Assembly (NCBI GenBank): GCA_963734365.1
Contig: CAVTGV010000003.1
Span: 84,794-148,793, forward strand
Direction of reading: 5' to 3'
From: an uncultured Thermoleophilaceae bacterium
GTDB lineage: Bacteria > Actinomycetota > Thermoleophilia > Solirubrobacterales > Thermoleophilaceae
DNA: 64,000 nucleotides
Below the pieces are notes generated by a model that ran no database searches, was not told the DNA's origin, and saw only the letters and a list, made by a program, of their open reading frames with translations. Below, in pieces: positions 17,263 to 25,042 of the stretch (positions are counted from its first letter, which is position 1; every line of letters begins with the position of its first letter). The position numbers were made by a program, and so were the translations under genes.

Positions 17263-18498
17263 GTGCAGCGGCGCGTGAGGGTGATTCAGCGTGTGCTGAC
17301 TCGGTTGGGTAAGCGTCCGGGGCCGGTGGACGGGTTGTTTGGTCCGTTGACCGAGGCTGGTGTGGTGCGCTTTCAGCGCTCGGTGGGTATCGCCGCGGAC
17401 GGGGTCGTTGGGCGCCAGACCGCCCGGCAGCTGTTGGCTGCCGCGACACGCCTGTCTGACACGCGGCTGGCGCGCAACCCGGGCGCGGCTCGGGACACGG
17501 GTCGGTTTGCCAGTGCGCGTTTGCCGAGGGGCGGGACGGTCGACCAGGCCGCACAGAACGGGCCCACTGGGCTCGGTGCTTCGGTCTCGCAGGCCGCCGC
17601 GCCGGGCCAGGAGGAAGAGGTCGAGCCGGCTCTGATGCTGGCGTTGGCGCTGCCTCTGCTGCTGGTCTCGGCGCTGCTGGGTGCGCTGCGGGGACGCGTC
17701 ACACCCGCACGCGAACCGAAGACAAACGGAGGAACCATGAACAACTCAGTAATGATCCCGGCCGCCCCCCGGCCGGCGCCGGAAACCACCGGCCACAGCG
17801 GTAACACCGGTAACAACAACAAGGCCCCGGCCAGGCCGGAGCAGCGCGAGGCGTTGCGGGCGATCGGGTATGTGACCGGCGGCCCGCAGGGGGATGTCGA
17901 GGAGTCGGGGGTGCGCGACCAGATGGCCGCCATCGCCGCCAGCTGTGTGCAACGCGGCTGGGATCTGCTGGAGATCGTCCGCGATGTGGAACGCGAAGGC
18001 GTCCGGGCCCCCGAACGACCCGGACTGGTCCACGCCCTCAAACGCCTGGAGGCCGGTGAGGCCGGCTGCCTGATCATCTACTCGCTGCCAAGGCTGAGCC
18101 CCACGGTGACCGAGCTGGGCAGCATCCTCAAGCAGATCGGCCGCGGCGGCGGGCGGTTTGTCTCGCTAGAGGACCAGATCGACACCGCCGAACCGGCCGG
18201 ACGAAAGGCGGCCAACGTGATCGTCTCGGTCAGCGGCTGGGAACGCGAACGACTCGGCGAACGCACCCGCGAAGGGCTCGCCGCGGCCCGCGCCAAAGGC
18301 AGCTCGATCAGCCGCCCCTCGGTACAAGACGTGCCCATGCTCAAAGAACGCGTCGCCGAAATGAGAGCCGAAGGCATGACCCTCCAAGCGATCGCCGACT
18401 GGCTCAACGACGCCGGCGTACCCACCCTAAGAGGCGGACAGAAATGGCGCCCCTCAAGCGTCCAAGCCGCCGCCGGCTACAAAAGACCCAAACGATGA
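17263..18498 (+). CDS. Peptidoglycan-binding domain + TM helix + catalytically degenerate serine-recombinase (resolvase)-like domain with C-terminal HTH
   Basis: PG_binding_1 pattern VIQRVLTRLGKRPGPVDGLFGPLTEAGVVRFQRSVGIAADGVVGRQTARQL. TM helix ALMLALALPLLLVSALLGAL. Resolvase core AIGYVTGGPQ...RPGL...YSLPRLSP...WERERLGERTREGL. GTG 17263 is tentative. Confidence 0.75.
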   Translation: MQRRVRVIQRVLTRLGKRPGPVDGLFGPLTEAGVVRFQRSVGIAADGVVGRQTARQLLAAATRLSDTRLARNPGAARDTGRFASARLPRGGTVDQAAQNGPTGLGASVSQAAAPGQEEEVEPALMLALALPLLLVSALLGALRGRVTPAREPKTNGGTMNNSVMIPAAPRPAPETTGHSGNTGNNNKAPARPEQREALRAIGYVTGGPQGDVEESGVRDQMAAIAASCVQRGWDLLEIVRDVEREGVRAPERPGLVHALKRLEAGEAGCLIIYSLPRLSPTVTELGSILKQIGRGGGRFVSLEDQIDTAEPAGRKAANVIVSVSGWERERLGERTREGLAAARAKGSSISRPSVQDVPMLKERVAEMRAEGMTLQAIADWLNDAGVPTLRGGQKWRPSSVQAAAGYKRPKR

Positions 18499-18545
18499 CC
18501 CCACGGTCACACAAGCGGGATCAACGTCCACACCGCGAGACCGTC

Positions 18546-19541
18546 CTAGCTGAGCCATTCGTAGAGGGGGCCCTCGGCGACGGTGACCAGCTCGGGCTCG
18601 ATCTCGTTGCCGGCGGCGACGAGCGCCTCGGCCACCGCGACGTAGTCGCGCCCGGGCAGGGCGTGGGCGCCCGAGCCGTGCGCGGCCCACGCCAGGGGCG
18701 TGCCGGAGGCGGTGGCCGGGTTCGCTTCCGCTCCTCGAGCCAGCAGCCGCCGGACGACGTCCGGGCTGCCCACCCAGGCGGCGTGGTGAAGCAGGCTGCC
18801 GTTGGGTGAACCTCCCACCACACCGGCGAAGTCGGGGCCCACGGCGTCAACGACCGCGTCGAGCTCCCCGCGCAGGGCGGCGAGGATCAGCACCTCCTGA
18901 GGATCCGGATCGAGCGCGTCCGGCAACGGTGCCTCGGGGCGCTCGCCACGAGCCACCGCCGCCACTGCCAGATCCGCGGCGGCCACATCCGTGGCCGCGC
19001 CCTGGCCCGCCAGCAGCCGCGCCTCCTCGGCGCGATTTCTCAGCAGCGCGTGCTGGTAGGGGGTGCGAAGGGGTACGCGACCGCGCCAGGTCTCGCCCCC
19101 GGGCCGATCGAGCTCGGCCCCGCGGTCGGCCAGCAGGGCCAGGAACTCCGTCCCGCGGCCGCGCCGCACGGCGTGGGCCAGCAGGGCTCCCTCGTTGGGG
19201 TCGGCCCCGGCGTCGAGCAGCAGGCGGACGTGCTCCAGGCGTTCGTCGTCGAGCGCGTGCGCCAAGGCGTTGGTGCCGTTCGGCTGGGCGCCGTGGCCCA
19301 AGAGCAGCGCCAGGCATGCCGGATCCTCGGCTTCGGTGGCGTGGTAGAGCGACTCGCCGTCGTCGGGATCGGCTCCGGCCTCGAGCAGCAGGCGGGTGAG
19401 CTGGGGATCGTGGGCGATGCCGGCCGCGCCGTAGAGGGCCGACATGCGCCCGTGCTCGTTCACGAAGGAGGCGTTGGGATCGGCGCCGCGCCGGAGCAGC
19501 GCTTGGGCGAGCTCGGCCGACGCGAAGCACGAGTGGCACAC
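18546..19541 (-). CDS. Ankyrin-repeat protein (the coding signal appears to continue upstream to about 19742-19757)
   Basis: Repeated LLLxxGADPN ankyrin units. The first canonical start is GTG 19541, but the frame stays open and protein-like for 72 more codons. Confidence 0.8.
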   Translation of the reverse strand: MCHSCFASAELAQALLRRGADPNASFVNEHGRMSALYGAAGIAHDPQLTRLLLEAGADPDDGESLYHATEAEDPACLALLLGHGAQPNGTNALAHALDDERLEHVRLLLDAGADPNEGALLAHAVRRGRGTEFLALLADRGAELDRPGGETWRGRVPLRTPYQHALLRNRAEEARLLAGQGAATDVAAADLAVAAVARGERPEAPLPDALDPDPQEVLILAALRGELDAVVDAVGPDFAGVVGGSPNGSLLHHAAWVGSPDVVRRLLARGAEANPATASGTPLAWAAHGSGAHALPGRDYVAVAEALVAAGNEIEPELVTVAEGPLYEWLS

Positions 19542-19821
19542 GTAGACGAGCGGCGCCCAGGCGCGCGGCCCGCCGGGCTCGTTGGGATCGCCCTCCCAGC
19601 CGTGCCCGAGTACGAGCCGGGCCCAATCGTCCTCGGCGATGGCCGGTTGGGCGGCGAGCAGCGCCTCGGCGCGTGTCCTGTGGCGCCCGGTGGCGGCGAG
19701 GACGAACTCGTCGGCGGGGGTGGCGAGGGGCTGAGAGCCGATGACCGGCGGATTGAATCAAGTCTGCTGCGCCGGCCCTCTGAGACAATCCTCCTGCGTG
19801 CGTGGCCTACGCCCGGATCGG

Positions 19822-20577
19822 ATGGCTCTTCGGCTCTGCGCCTTCTGCGCCTGTGCAGCCGCGCTCTGGCTCGCGACGCCGCCGCCGCCGGCGCTCGCCG
19901 CGCCGCGGTGCGGCCCGGGGCAGTCCGACGCTCACGTGGTCGGCCGGCCTGGATCCGACACGGCCTGGCGGGCCGGGCCCCTCGCGCGCACGCGGCTCTG
20001 GCGCTCGGTGCCGAAGCGCAATGACAGCAGCATCGGCTGGGTCGGGTCGGGAGAGGCACCCTGGCTGCTGGTGCTGCGCACGGCACGGGATCGCCAGGGG
20101 CGCTGCTGGCTGCGCGTACGGCTGCCGTCCCGGCCCAACGACGCCGCCGCCTGGATCAACGCCGAGCGCGTGGAACTGCGGCCCACGCGCTGGCGCATCG
20201 TCGTGTCGCGACGCGCCCGGACGCTCACGGTCTACCGCGACAGTCGCCGGCTGCGTCGCTTTCGAGTGGTCGTCGGCACGCCCTCGACCCCCACGCCGCA
20301 CGGCCTCTTCTCGATCGTGGGCGTCTGGCCCTGGGATCCGGCGGACTTCCTCGGCTCGTACATCCTTCCGATCACCGCGCACAGCAACGTGCTCCAGGAG
20401 TTCGGTGGGGGCGACGGGCGGGTGGGCATCCACGGACGCGGCGGGCCCAGCCTGCTCGATCCGCTCGGGGCCGCGCGCAGCCACGGCTGCATACGCCTGG
20501 CCAACGGCGCGATCGAATGGCTCGTCCGCAGGGTGGGCGCGCATCGGCTGCCCGGCATTCCCCTGCGCGTGCGCTGA
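19822..20577 (+). CDS. L,D-transpeptidase (YkuD domain)
   Basis: Signal peptide MALRLCAFCACAAALWLATPPPPALA. Catalytic motif SHGCIRL. Confidence 0.85.
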   Translation: MALRLCAFCACAAALWLATPPPPALAAPRCGPGQSDAHVVGRPGSDTAWRAGPLARTRLWRSVPKRNDSSIGWVGSGEAPWLLVLRTARDRQGRCWLRVRLPSRPNDAAAWINAERVELRPTRWRIVVSRRARTLTVYRDSRRLRRFRVVVGTPSTPTPHGLFSIVGVWPWDPADFLGSYILPITAHSNVLQEFGGGDGRVGIHGRGGPSLLDPLGAARSHGCIRLANGAIEWLVRRVGAHRLPGIPLRVR

Positions 20578-20669
20578 GCGGCCTCTGGGCGCCGCGTTCC
20601 CGTCCCGGGCGGGGCTTTTCTGCCAAGGGGTGACGGCGACCGGAGTCTGCGGTACGTTGCCGTCCACAT

Positions 20670-21038
20670 GTGGTGAAGACGGCGCCTCGCGTTGCGCGCG
20701 TGGGCACCCGGATTCGCTTCAGGCTGACCGTGACGAACGTCGGGTCGGTCGCTGCGCGGAGCGTGGTGATGGCGGACGTCCCGCCGGCGGCAGTCGCGCT
20801 GGCCGCTCTCAAGACTCGCACCCGAGGGCAGGTCGTCCGGGGAAACGCCGTATGGCGCCTCGGAACGCTCGCCCCGGGAGCGAAGCGCACCGTGAGCGGA
20901 ACCGTCCGCATAAAGGCCGGGACCCCTGGCCTCAAGCGCAATCTGGTGCTGGTCACGGCCGCCAACGCCAAGCTGGCAAGGGATCGGGCCGATTCGAGGG
21001 TCAAGGCCCGGCAGCGGGTCTCGCCGGTCACCGGATAG
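20670..21038 (+). CDS. Single DUF11-like (conserved repeat) domain protein, possibly a fragment
   Basis: Pattern RIRFRLTVTNVGSVAARSVVMADVPP...VWRLGTLAPGAKRTVSGTVRI. No signal peptide. GTG start. Confidence 0.5.
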   Translation: MVKTAPRVARVGTRIRFRLTVTNVGSVAARSVVMADVPPAAVALAALKTRTRGQVVRGNAVWRLGTLAPGAKRTVSGTVRIKAGTPGLKRNLVLVTAANAKLARDRADSRVKARQRVSPVTG

Positions 21039-21055
21039 GCAGACAGCGGCTACCT

Positions 21056-21075
21056 CGAGGGCACGCCTGCCCTCG
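21056..21075. terminator. Bidirectional hairpin CGAGGGCA-CGCC-TGCCCTCG between convergent genes
   Basis: Perfect 8-bp stem with a 4-nt loop, read from the sequence. It sits between the DUF11 stop (21038) and the GS-like stop (21077). No U-tract. Confidence 0.5.
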
Positions 21076-21076
21076 G

Positions 21077-22432
21077 TCACAGGTGATGCAGGTACTCGGC
21101 GATCTCCCAGTCGGAGACCCAAGCGCGGTGGCGTCCGATCTCGAAGCGCTTGACGGCGAGGAAGGTCTCCACGATCTCCGGGCCGAGCGCCCGGCACAGG
21201 ATCTCGTCGCTCTCGAGCGCCTCGAGTGCCGCGTCCAGCGATACGGGGAGTGCTCGGCCGATCGCCTCGTGGTCCGCTCGGTAGGCATCACCGTGAACCG
21301 GGGGCGGCGGACGCAGGCCCTCCCGTATGCCGTGTGCGCCGGCGGACAGCACCGCCGCGATCGCCAGATACGGGTTCGCGCCACCGTCAGCGACCCGGAT
21401 CTCTATCCGTGTGCCGGCTCCGCGCTCTGGCGGGACACGGATGAAAGTGCCTCGGTTGTCCCACCCCCAGTTCGCGTGGGTCGGTGCAAGCGAGTCAGGC
21501 TGGATGCGCCGGTAGGCGTTGACGGTGGGGTTGAGAAGCGCCATCAGGCCCGCCGCGTGGGCGAGCACACCCGCGCTGAACGCGCGGAGCTCGGCACTGA
21601 CGCCCTCCTCCTCCGCGGGCGCGCCGAACGCGTTGCGCTCGCCCCGGTTGAGAGAGACGTGGAGATGGGTGCCCGAGCCGCCCTGGTCGTTGAACGGCTT
21701 CCCCATGAACGTGGCCAGGAGTCCGTGCTGCGCCGCGATGTCCTTCACGGCGGCCTTCAGTCGAAACGCCCAATCGGCCGCCCGCAGGGCGTCGGTGTGG
21801 CGCAGATTGATCTCGTACTGGCTGTTCATGAACTCGTGGCTGAAGGAGAGGACCCGCAGCCCCAGCCCGGCCAGGCCCTCGGTAATCGCCCGCACGATCC
21901 CGCCGGGGTCCGCCTGCGGACCGACCGCGTAGACCATGCTCGGTTGGTCGACTTGGCGCCGGACGCCGCGTTCCGCGGTGGGGTCGGGGCGGAGCAGGAA
22001 GAACTCGAGCTCGGGCCCCACGATCGGGTCGAGGCCGCTTGCCCTCAGGTCTCGAACCGCCCGGCGCAGCGCGCCGCGCGGGTCCGCTATGGGAGCGCCG
22101 CCCTCGGCCGGCTCGAGATCCGCCAGGCAGCTCGCCACCCCCGGCTCCCACGGCAGCGTCGCCATGGTCGTCATGTCGGGGCGAGCGATGAAATCGGGAT
22201 AGCCCTCGTCGCCGCCGACCACGGGCGTGCCACGCAGGTCGGTGCCCATCACGGCGGCGCAGAAGCGAAGACCGTGATCGAGTACGTGGTCGAACTCCGC
22301 GATCGGCACGTCCTTGCCGCGGGCGACGCCGTGGAGATCGGCGTAGAGCACCCGGATCACCCTCACCGGCGTGCCGGTGGACAGCTCGGTGACCGTCTCG
22401 GACCGGGGGTCGCTGCGCGCGGAATCAGTCAT
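21077..22432 (-). CDS. Glutamine synthetase family protein (gamma-glutamyl-amine ligase type, substrate unknown)
   Basis: 451 aa. GS beta-grasp and catalytic domain patterns (LYADLHGVARGK, GPELEFFL, GSGTHLHVSL, NPYL). Last gene of the fae-mtdB operon. Confidence 0.85.
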   Translation of the reverse strand: MTDSARSDPRSETVTELSTGTPVRVIRVLYADLHGVARGKDVPIAEFDHVLDHGLRFCAAVMGTDLRGTPVVGGDEGYPDFIARPDMTTMATLPWEPGVASCLADLEPAEGGAPIADPRGALRRAVRDLRASGLDPIVGPELEFFLLRPDPTAERGVRRQVDQPSMVYAVGPQADPGGIVRAITEGLAGLGLRVLSFSHEFMNSQYEINLRHTDALRAADWAFRLKAAVKDIAAQHGLLATFMGKPFNDQGGSGTHLHVSLNRGERNAFGAPAEEEGVSAELRAFSAGVLAHAAGLMALLNPTVNAYRRIQPDSLAPTHANWGWDNRGTFIRVPPERGAGTRIEIRVADGGANPYLAIAAVLSAGAHGIREGLRPPPPVHGDAYRADHEAIGRALPVSLDAALEALESDEILCRALGPEIVETFLAVKRFEIGRHRAWVSDWEIAEYLHHL

Positions 22433-23509
22433 CTAAGCCAGACTGATCCCATCGGCTCCGTGCATGCGCAGGTGGTCCAGCGCGGTGCCGCTCGCCTCGC
22501 GCAGGCGGAGCCGCTCGACCAGCGGCGCGTATCGCCCTCCGGCCAGGCCGTCCGCAATCAGGGCCGCGCCCTGCGCTGACGTCTTGGCGCGCGGCCCCGG
22601 CCCGGTGGCGGCCGCGACGGGCGCCACACCAGCGAGCCGTTCCTCGAGCGCCTCGAGCATGCCGGGAGCTCCCGCCAGGCGGCCCGCGACGAGGATCTCG
22701 CGCGGCGCTGGGACCGAGGCCGTCAGGGCAAGCGCGGCCTTGACCGCGCCCTCCTCGAGCCCGAGCCATCCCTCGTGTGCGTCGGGGTCGCTGCGCAGCG
22801 CTTCGAGCGCGTCGGGCGACGAGAGGTCAAGCCGTCCGCGGGCGTCGAGCGCCCCGCCACTGAAGACGGTCTCCTTGGAGAGCGCCGCACCCAGCAGGTA
22901 GGCCACCTCCGCGTCGAGCGCCCCGCAGGAGCGAGCACCGATCGGCGCGCAGGAGCCGCCGATCCCGTCGACGATCTGTCCACCGTCGATGGCCAGCGCG
23001 GCGCTGAATGCGCCGCCGAGCTCGAGCATGACGAACGACGTCTCCTCGTAGGCCAGGCCGAGCCGCTCCGCCTGGTCGGCGATGCACAGCGCCGCGCTAC
23101 ACACCTTGTCCGCCGTCCCGAGGTCGATGCGGTTCCACTTGCGGTGGTCAGGGACCGTGGGCAGGTGGATCGCTCCGGGGCCGAAGACCAGCGGGAGCCC
23201 GGCGCCGATGAGCGCGCGAATCAGTGCGCGCAAGCCGCCGATGCCCGCGTGCGCGCCGGCTTCGTCGCTGCGCAGCAGCAGCATCAGTCCCAGCTCGTGC
23301 TCGCCGACCCGTTCGCCGGAAACCAGCGGCAGGCCATACCCGGCGGGCCCGAGCACGAGGTCGAGCGGGCCCTGAGCCAGGAGCGCATCGACCAGGGGCG
23401 CCGGATCGAGTGCGAGGTCGGACGAGCGAAAGCTCTCGGCGAGCAGCAGCTCGCCGCCGTCGAGTGCGCACACGTCGATGGAGACGGTCCCGGGATCGAT
23501 GCCCGCCAC
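22433..23509 (-). CDS. ASKHA-fold (DUF1464-like) protein of the H4MPT cluster
   Basis: GIDPGTVSIDV phosphate-1-like motif and LELGGAFSAALAIDGGQIVDGIGG. GTG 23509 was chosen to avoid overlapping mtdB. Confidence 0.65.
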   Translation of the reverse strand: MAGIDPGTVSIDVCALDGGELLLAESFRSSDLALDPAPLVDALLAQGPLDLVLGPAGYGLPLVSGERVGEHELGLMLLLRSDEAGAHAGIGGLRALIRALIGAGLPLVFGPGAIHLPTVPDHRKWNRIDLGTADKVCSAALCIADQAERLGLAYEETSFVMLELGGAFSAALAIDGGQIVDGIGGSCAPIGARSCGALDAEVAYLLGAALSKETVFSGGALDARGRLDLSSPDALEALRSDPDAHEGWLGLEEGAVKAALALTASVPAPREILVAGRLAGAPGMLEALEERLAGVAPVAAATGPGPRAKTSAQGAALIADGLAGGRYAPLVERLRLREASGTALDHLRMHGADGISLA

Positions 23510-23528
23510 CCGTGGAGCGGACGACGAG

Positions 23529-24392
23529 TCAGACGATCTCTTTGGCGACGTCGTAGACGCCATCCGCGTCAAGCAGGAGATCGCTGCTCTCGAAAAGCCT
23601 GCGCACGCAGGCCTTGTGCGTCTTCATCTTCTTGCCGCCGATGCCGAGCGCGCCGAGCACGAGCTTTCCCTCCCGCTCGACCAGATCGTCCCCGGCCTCG
23701 ACTCCCTCGATGCCGAGCGGCTCGGCCGCGTTGTAGTCGCCCAGCACCTCGATCGACGTGTTGGCGCTCCATACCTCCTGGCGGAGCACCTCCACACGAG
23801 CCGGCGCCGAGGCCAACACGATGTTCGCCCCCTCGAGCGCAGCCTCCATCTCCGCCCGGTCGGCCGGCTCGCGAGTGTCGATGCCCAGCTTCTCGGCGGC
23901 GGCAAGGCCGCGCGGCCGGCGGTAGGAGTCGGTGCCGAGCACGTCGCCCGGGATCGACGTAGCCAGCACCTCGCACCCCTCTTGTGCCAGGAGCGTCGCC
24001 GAACGCAGCCCGACGGGCCCCACGCCCAGGATCACCGCGCGGCTCCCGTCCAGGTCACGAGCCTTGGCGATCATCGCGACGGCGGTGGCCGCCGTGGTGT
24101 TGCAGCCGTCGGAGTCGAGCATCGTGGACACGCGAAACGGCCCGAAGTACGTGTCCTGCACCTCGGCGAGGACCTCCTCGCCCGCGCCCACGTCCGAGCC
24201 TCCGACCCACACGGCCAGCGAGGGGTCGCCCGGGGCGCGCGTGAAGAACGCGCCCTGGACGAGATCCTGTACGTCTTCCGGCGTCACGCCCCCGTGGCTG
24301 AGCAGGGCGTCCACGCCCGCGTCGTACGCCACGATGGCGTCGAAGGGGCTCGGATGTGGATCGGTATCGAGCTGTAGAAGGACCTTCTTCAC
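23529..24392 (-). CDS. mtdB: NAD(P)-dependent methylene-tetrahydromethanopterin dehydrogenase (MtdA/MtdB family)
   Basis: 287 aa. MKKVLLQLDTDPHPSPFDAIVAYDAG...FGPFRVSTMLDSDGCNTTAA closely resembles Mtd sequences from methylotrophs by recall. Confidence 0.85.
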   Translation of the reverse strand: MKKVLLQLDTDPHPSPFDAIVAYDAGVDALLSHGGVTPEDVQDLVQGAFFTRAPGDPSLAVWVGGSDVGAGEEVLAEVQDTYFGPFRVSTMLDSDGCNTTAATAVAMIAKARDLDGSRAVILGVGPVGLRSATLLAQEGCEVLATSIPGDVLGTDSYRRPRGLAAAEKLGIDTREPADRAEMEAALEGANIVLASAPARVEVLRQEVWSANTSIEVLGDYNAAEPLGIEGVEAGDDLVEREGKLVLGALGIGGKKMKTHKACVRRLFESSDLLLDADGVYDVAKEIV

Positions 24393-24419
24393 GGCGTGGG
24401 CCCGCGGCCCGGCGCCGGG

Positions 24420-24932
24420 CTAACCCTCGGTGCCGCCGGCGAACGGGTGGCGCGCCTCGGCCGACTGCTCGATCACGCTGCTGACGGCGGGCTCGCCGCC
24501 CATCGCGCGGGCGATCGACTCCTTGGTGGCCTGGTAGTTCCAGTCGAAGACCTTCTTGTCGTCCTCGGCCAGCCAGTGGATGAAGACGCCGACGATGATG
24601 CAGAGGTCGTCGACCTCGCCCTCGGGGATCACTCCCTCGCTGACCGAGTCGACGACGGCGCGGGCCACGGCCGCCTGGGCGGGCCCGAATATCTGCCCCA
24701 CCTGCTTCTCGCCCTTGATCGTCACCTTGTTGGCCATGATCGTGTCGGGCTTTGCGGGCAGGTTGGGCGCCACCACGGCGAGCAGGTTCGTGTGGCCCTC
24801 CTTCTGGTTCAGGAGAGCGCCGGCGAACGCCTCGCCGACGGGCCCGTCCTTGGATCCGATCAGCAGATCGATGTGAGCAACCTCGTTGCCGTCGCCTACA
24901 AGCGACTCTCCTACGGACAGGGTCCTGGCCAT
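24420..24932 (-). CDS. fae: Formaldehyde-activating enzyme (5,6,7,8-tetrahydromethanopterin hydro-lyase)
   Basis: 170 aa. [20 protein letters not shown]...[13 protein letters not shown]...FGPAQAAVA...VGVFIHW...HPFA matches Fae along its whole length by recall. RBS GAGAGGAG. Confidence 0.95.
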   Translation of the reverse strand: MARTLSVGESLVGDGNEVAHIDLLIGSKDGPVGEAFAGALLNQKEGHTNLLAVVAPNLPAKPDTIMANKVTIKGEKQVGQIFGPAQAAVARAVVDSVSEGVIPEGEVDDLCIIVGVFIHWLAEDDKKVFDWNYQATKESIARAMGGEPAVSSVIEQSAEARHPFAGGTEG

Positions 24933-25042
24933 GTGTGAGCTCCTCTCTCGGGTCTCCGTGAAGGCGGCGCGAGTCTAGCGCGGCGCGCCGGTTCGGCGCG
25001 GGGCGGGCCGCCGAGCCCTCGCGGGTATGCTCCGGCGCGCGG

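Noticed and set aside
17263-18498. Active resolvase/invertase controlling phase variation of the upstream repeat gene
   Set aside because: The nucleophilic Ser and most catalytic Arg/Asp positions are replaced (YVTGGPQ, PRLSP). I found no inverted repeats bracketing the promoter region at 13.5-13.9 kb by eye. A regulatory or pseudo-enzyme role is more defensible.
20578-20640. Possible intrinsic terminator after the L,D-transpeptidase (CCCGTCCCGGGCGGGGCTTTTCT)
   Set aside because: The T-run is suggestive, but I could not draw a stem longer than about 4-5 bp without mismatches.
19802-22579. 925-aa plus-strand ORF spanning the L,D-transpeptidase to GS-like region
   Set aside because: It runs out of frame through one real plus-strand gene and antisense through the GS-like gene. 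It is Arg/Pro/Gly-rich and has no motifs.
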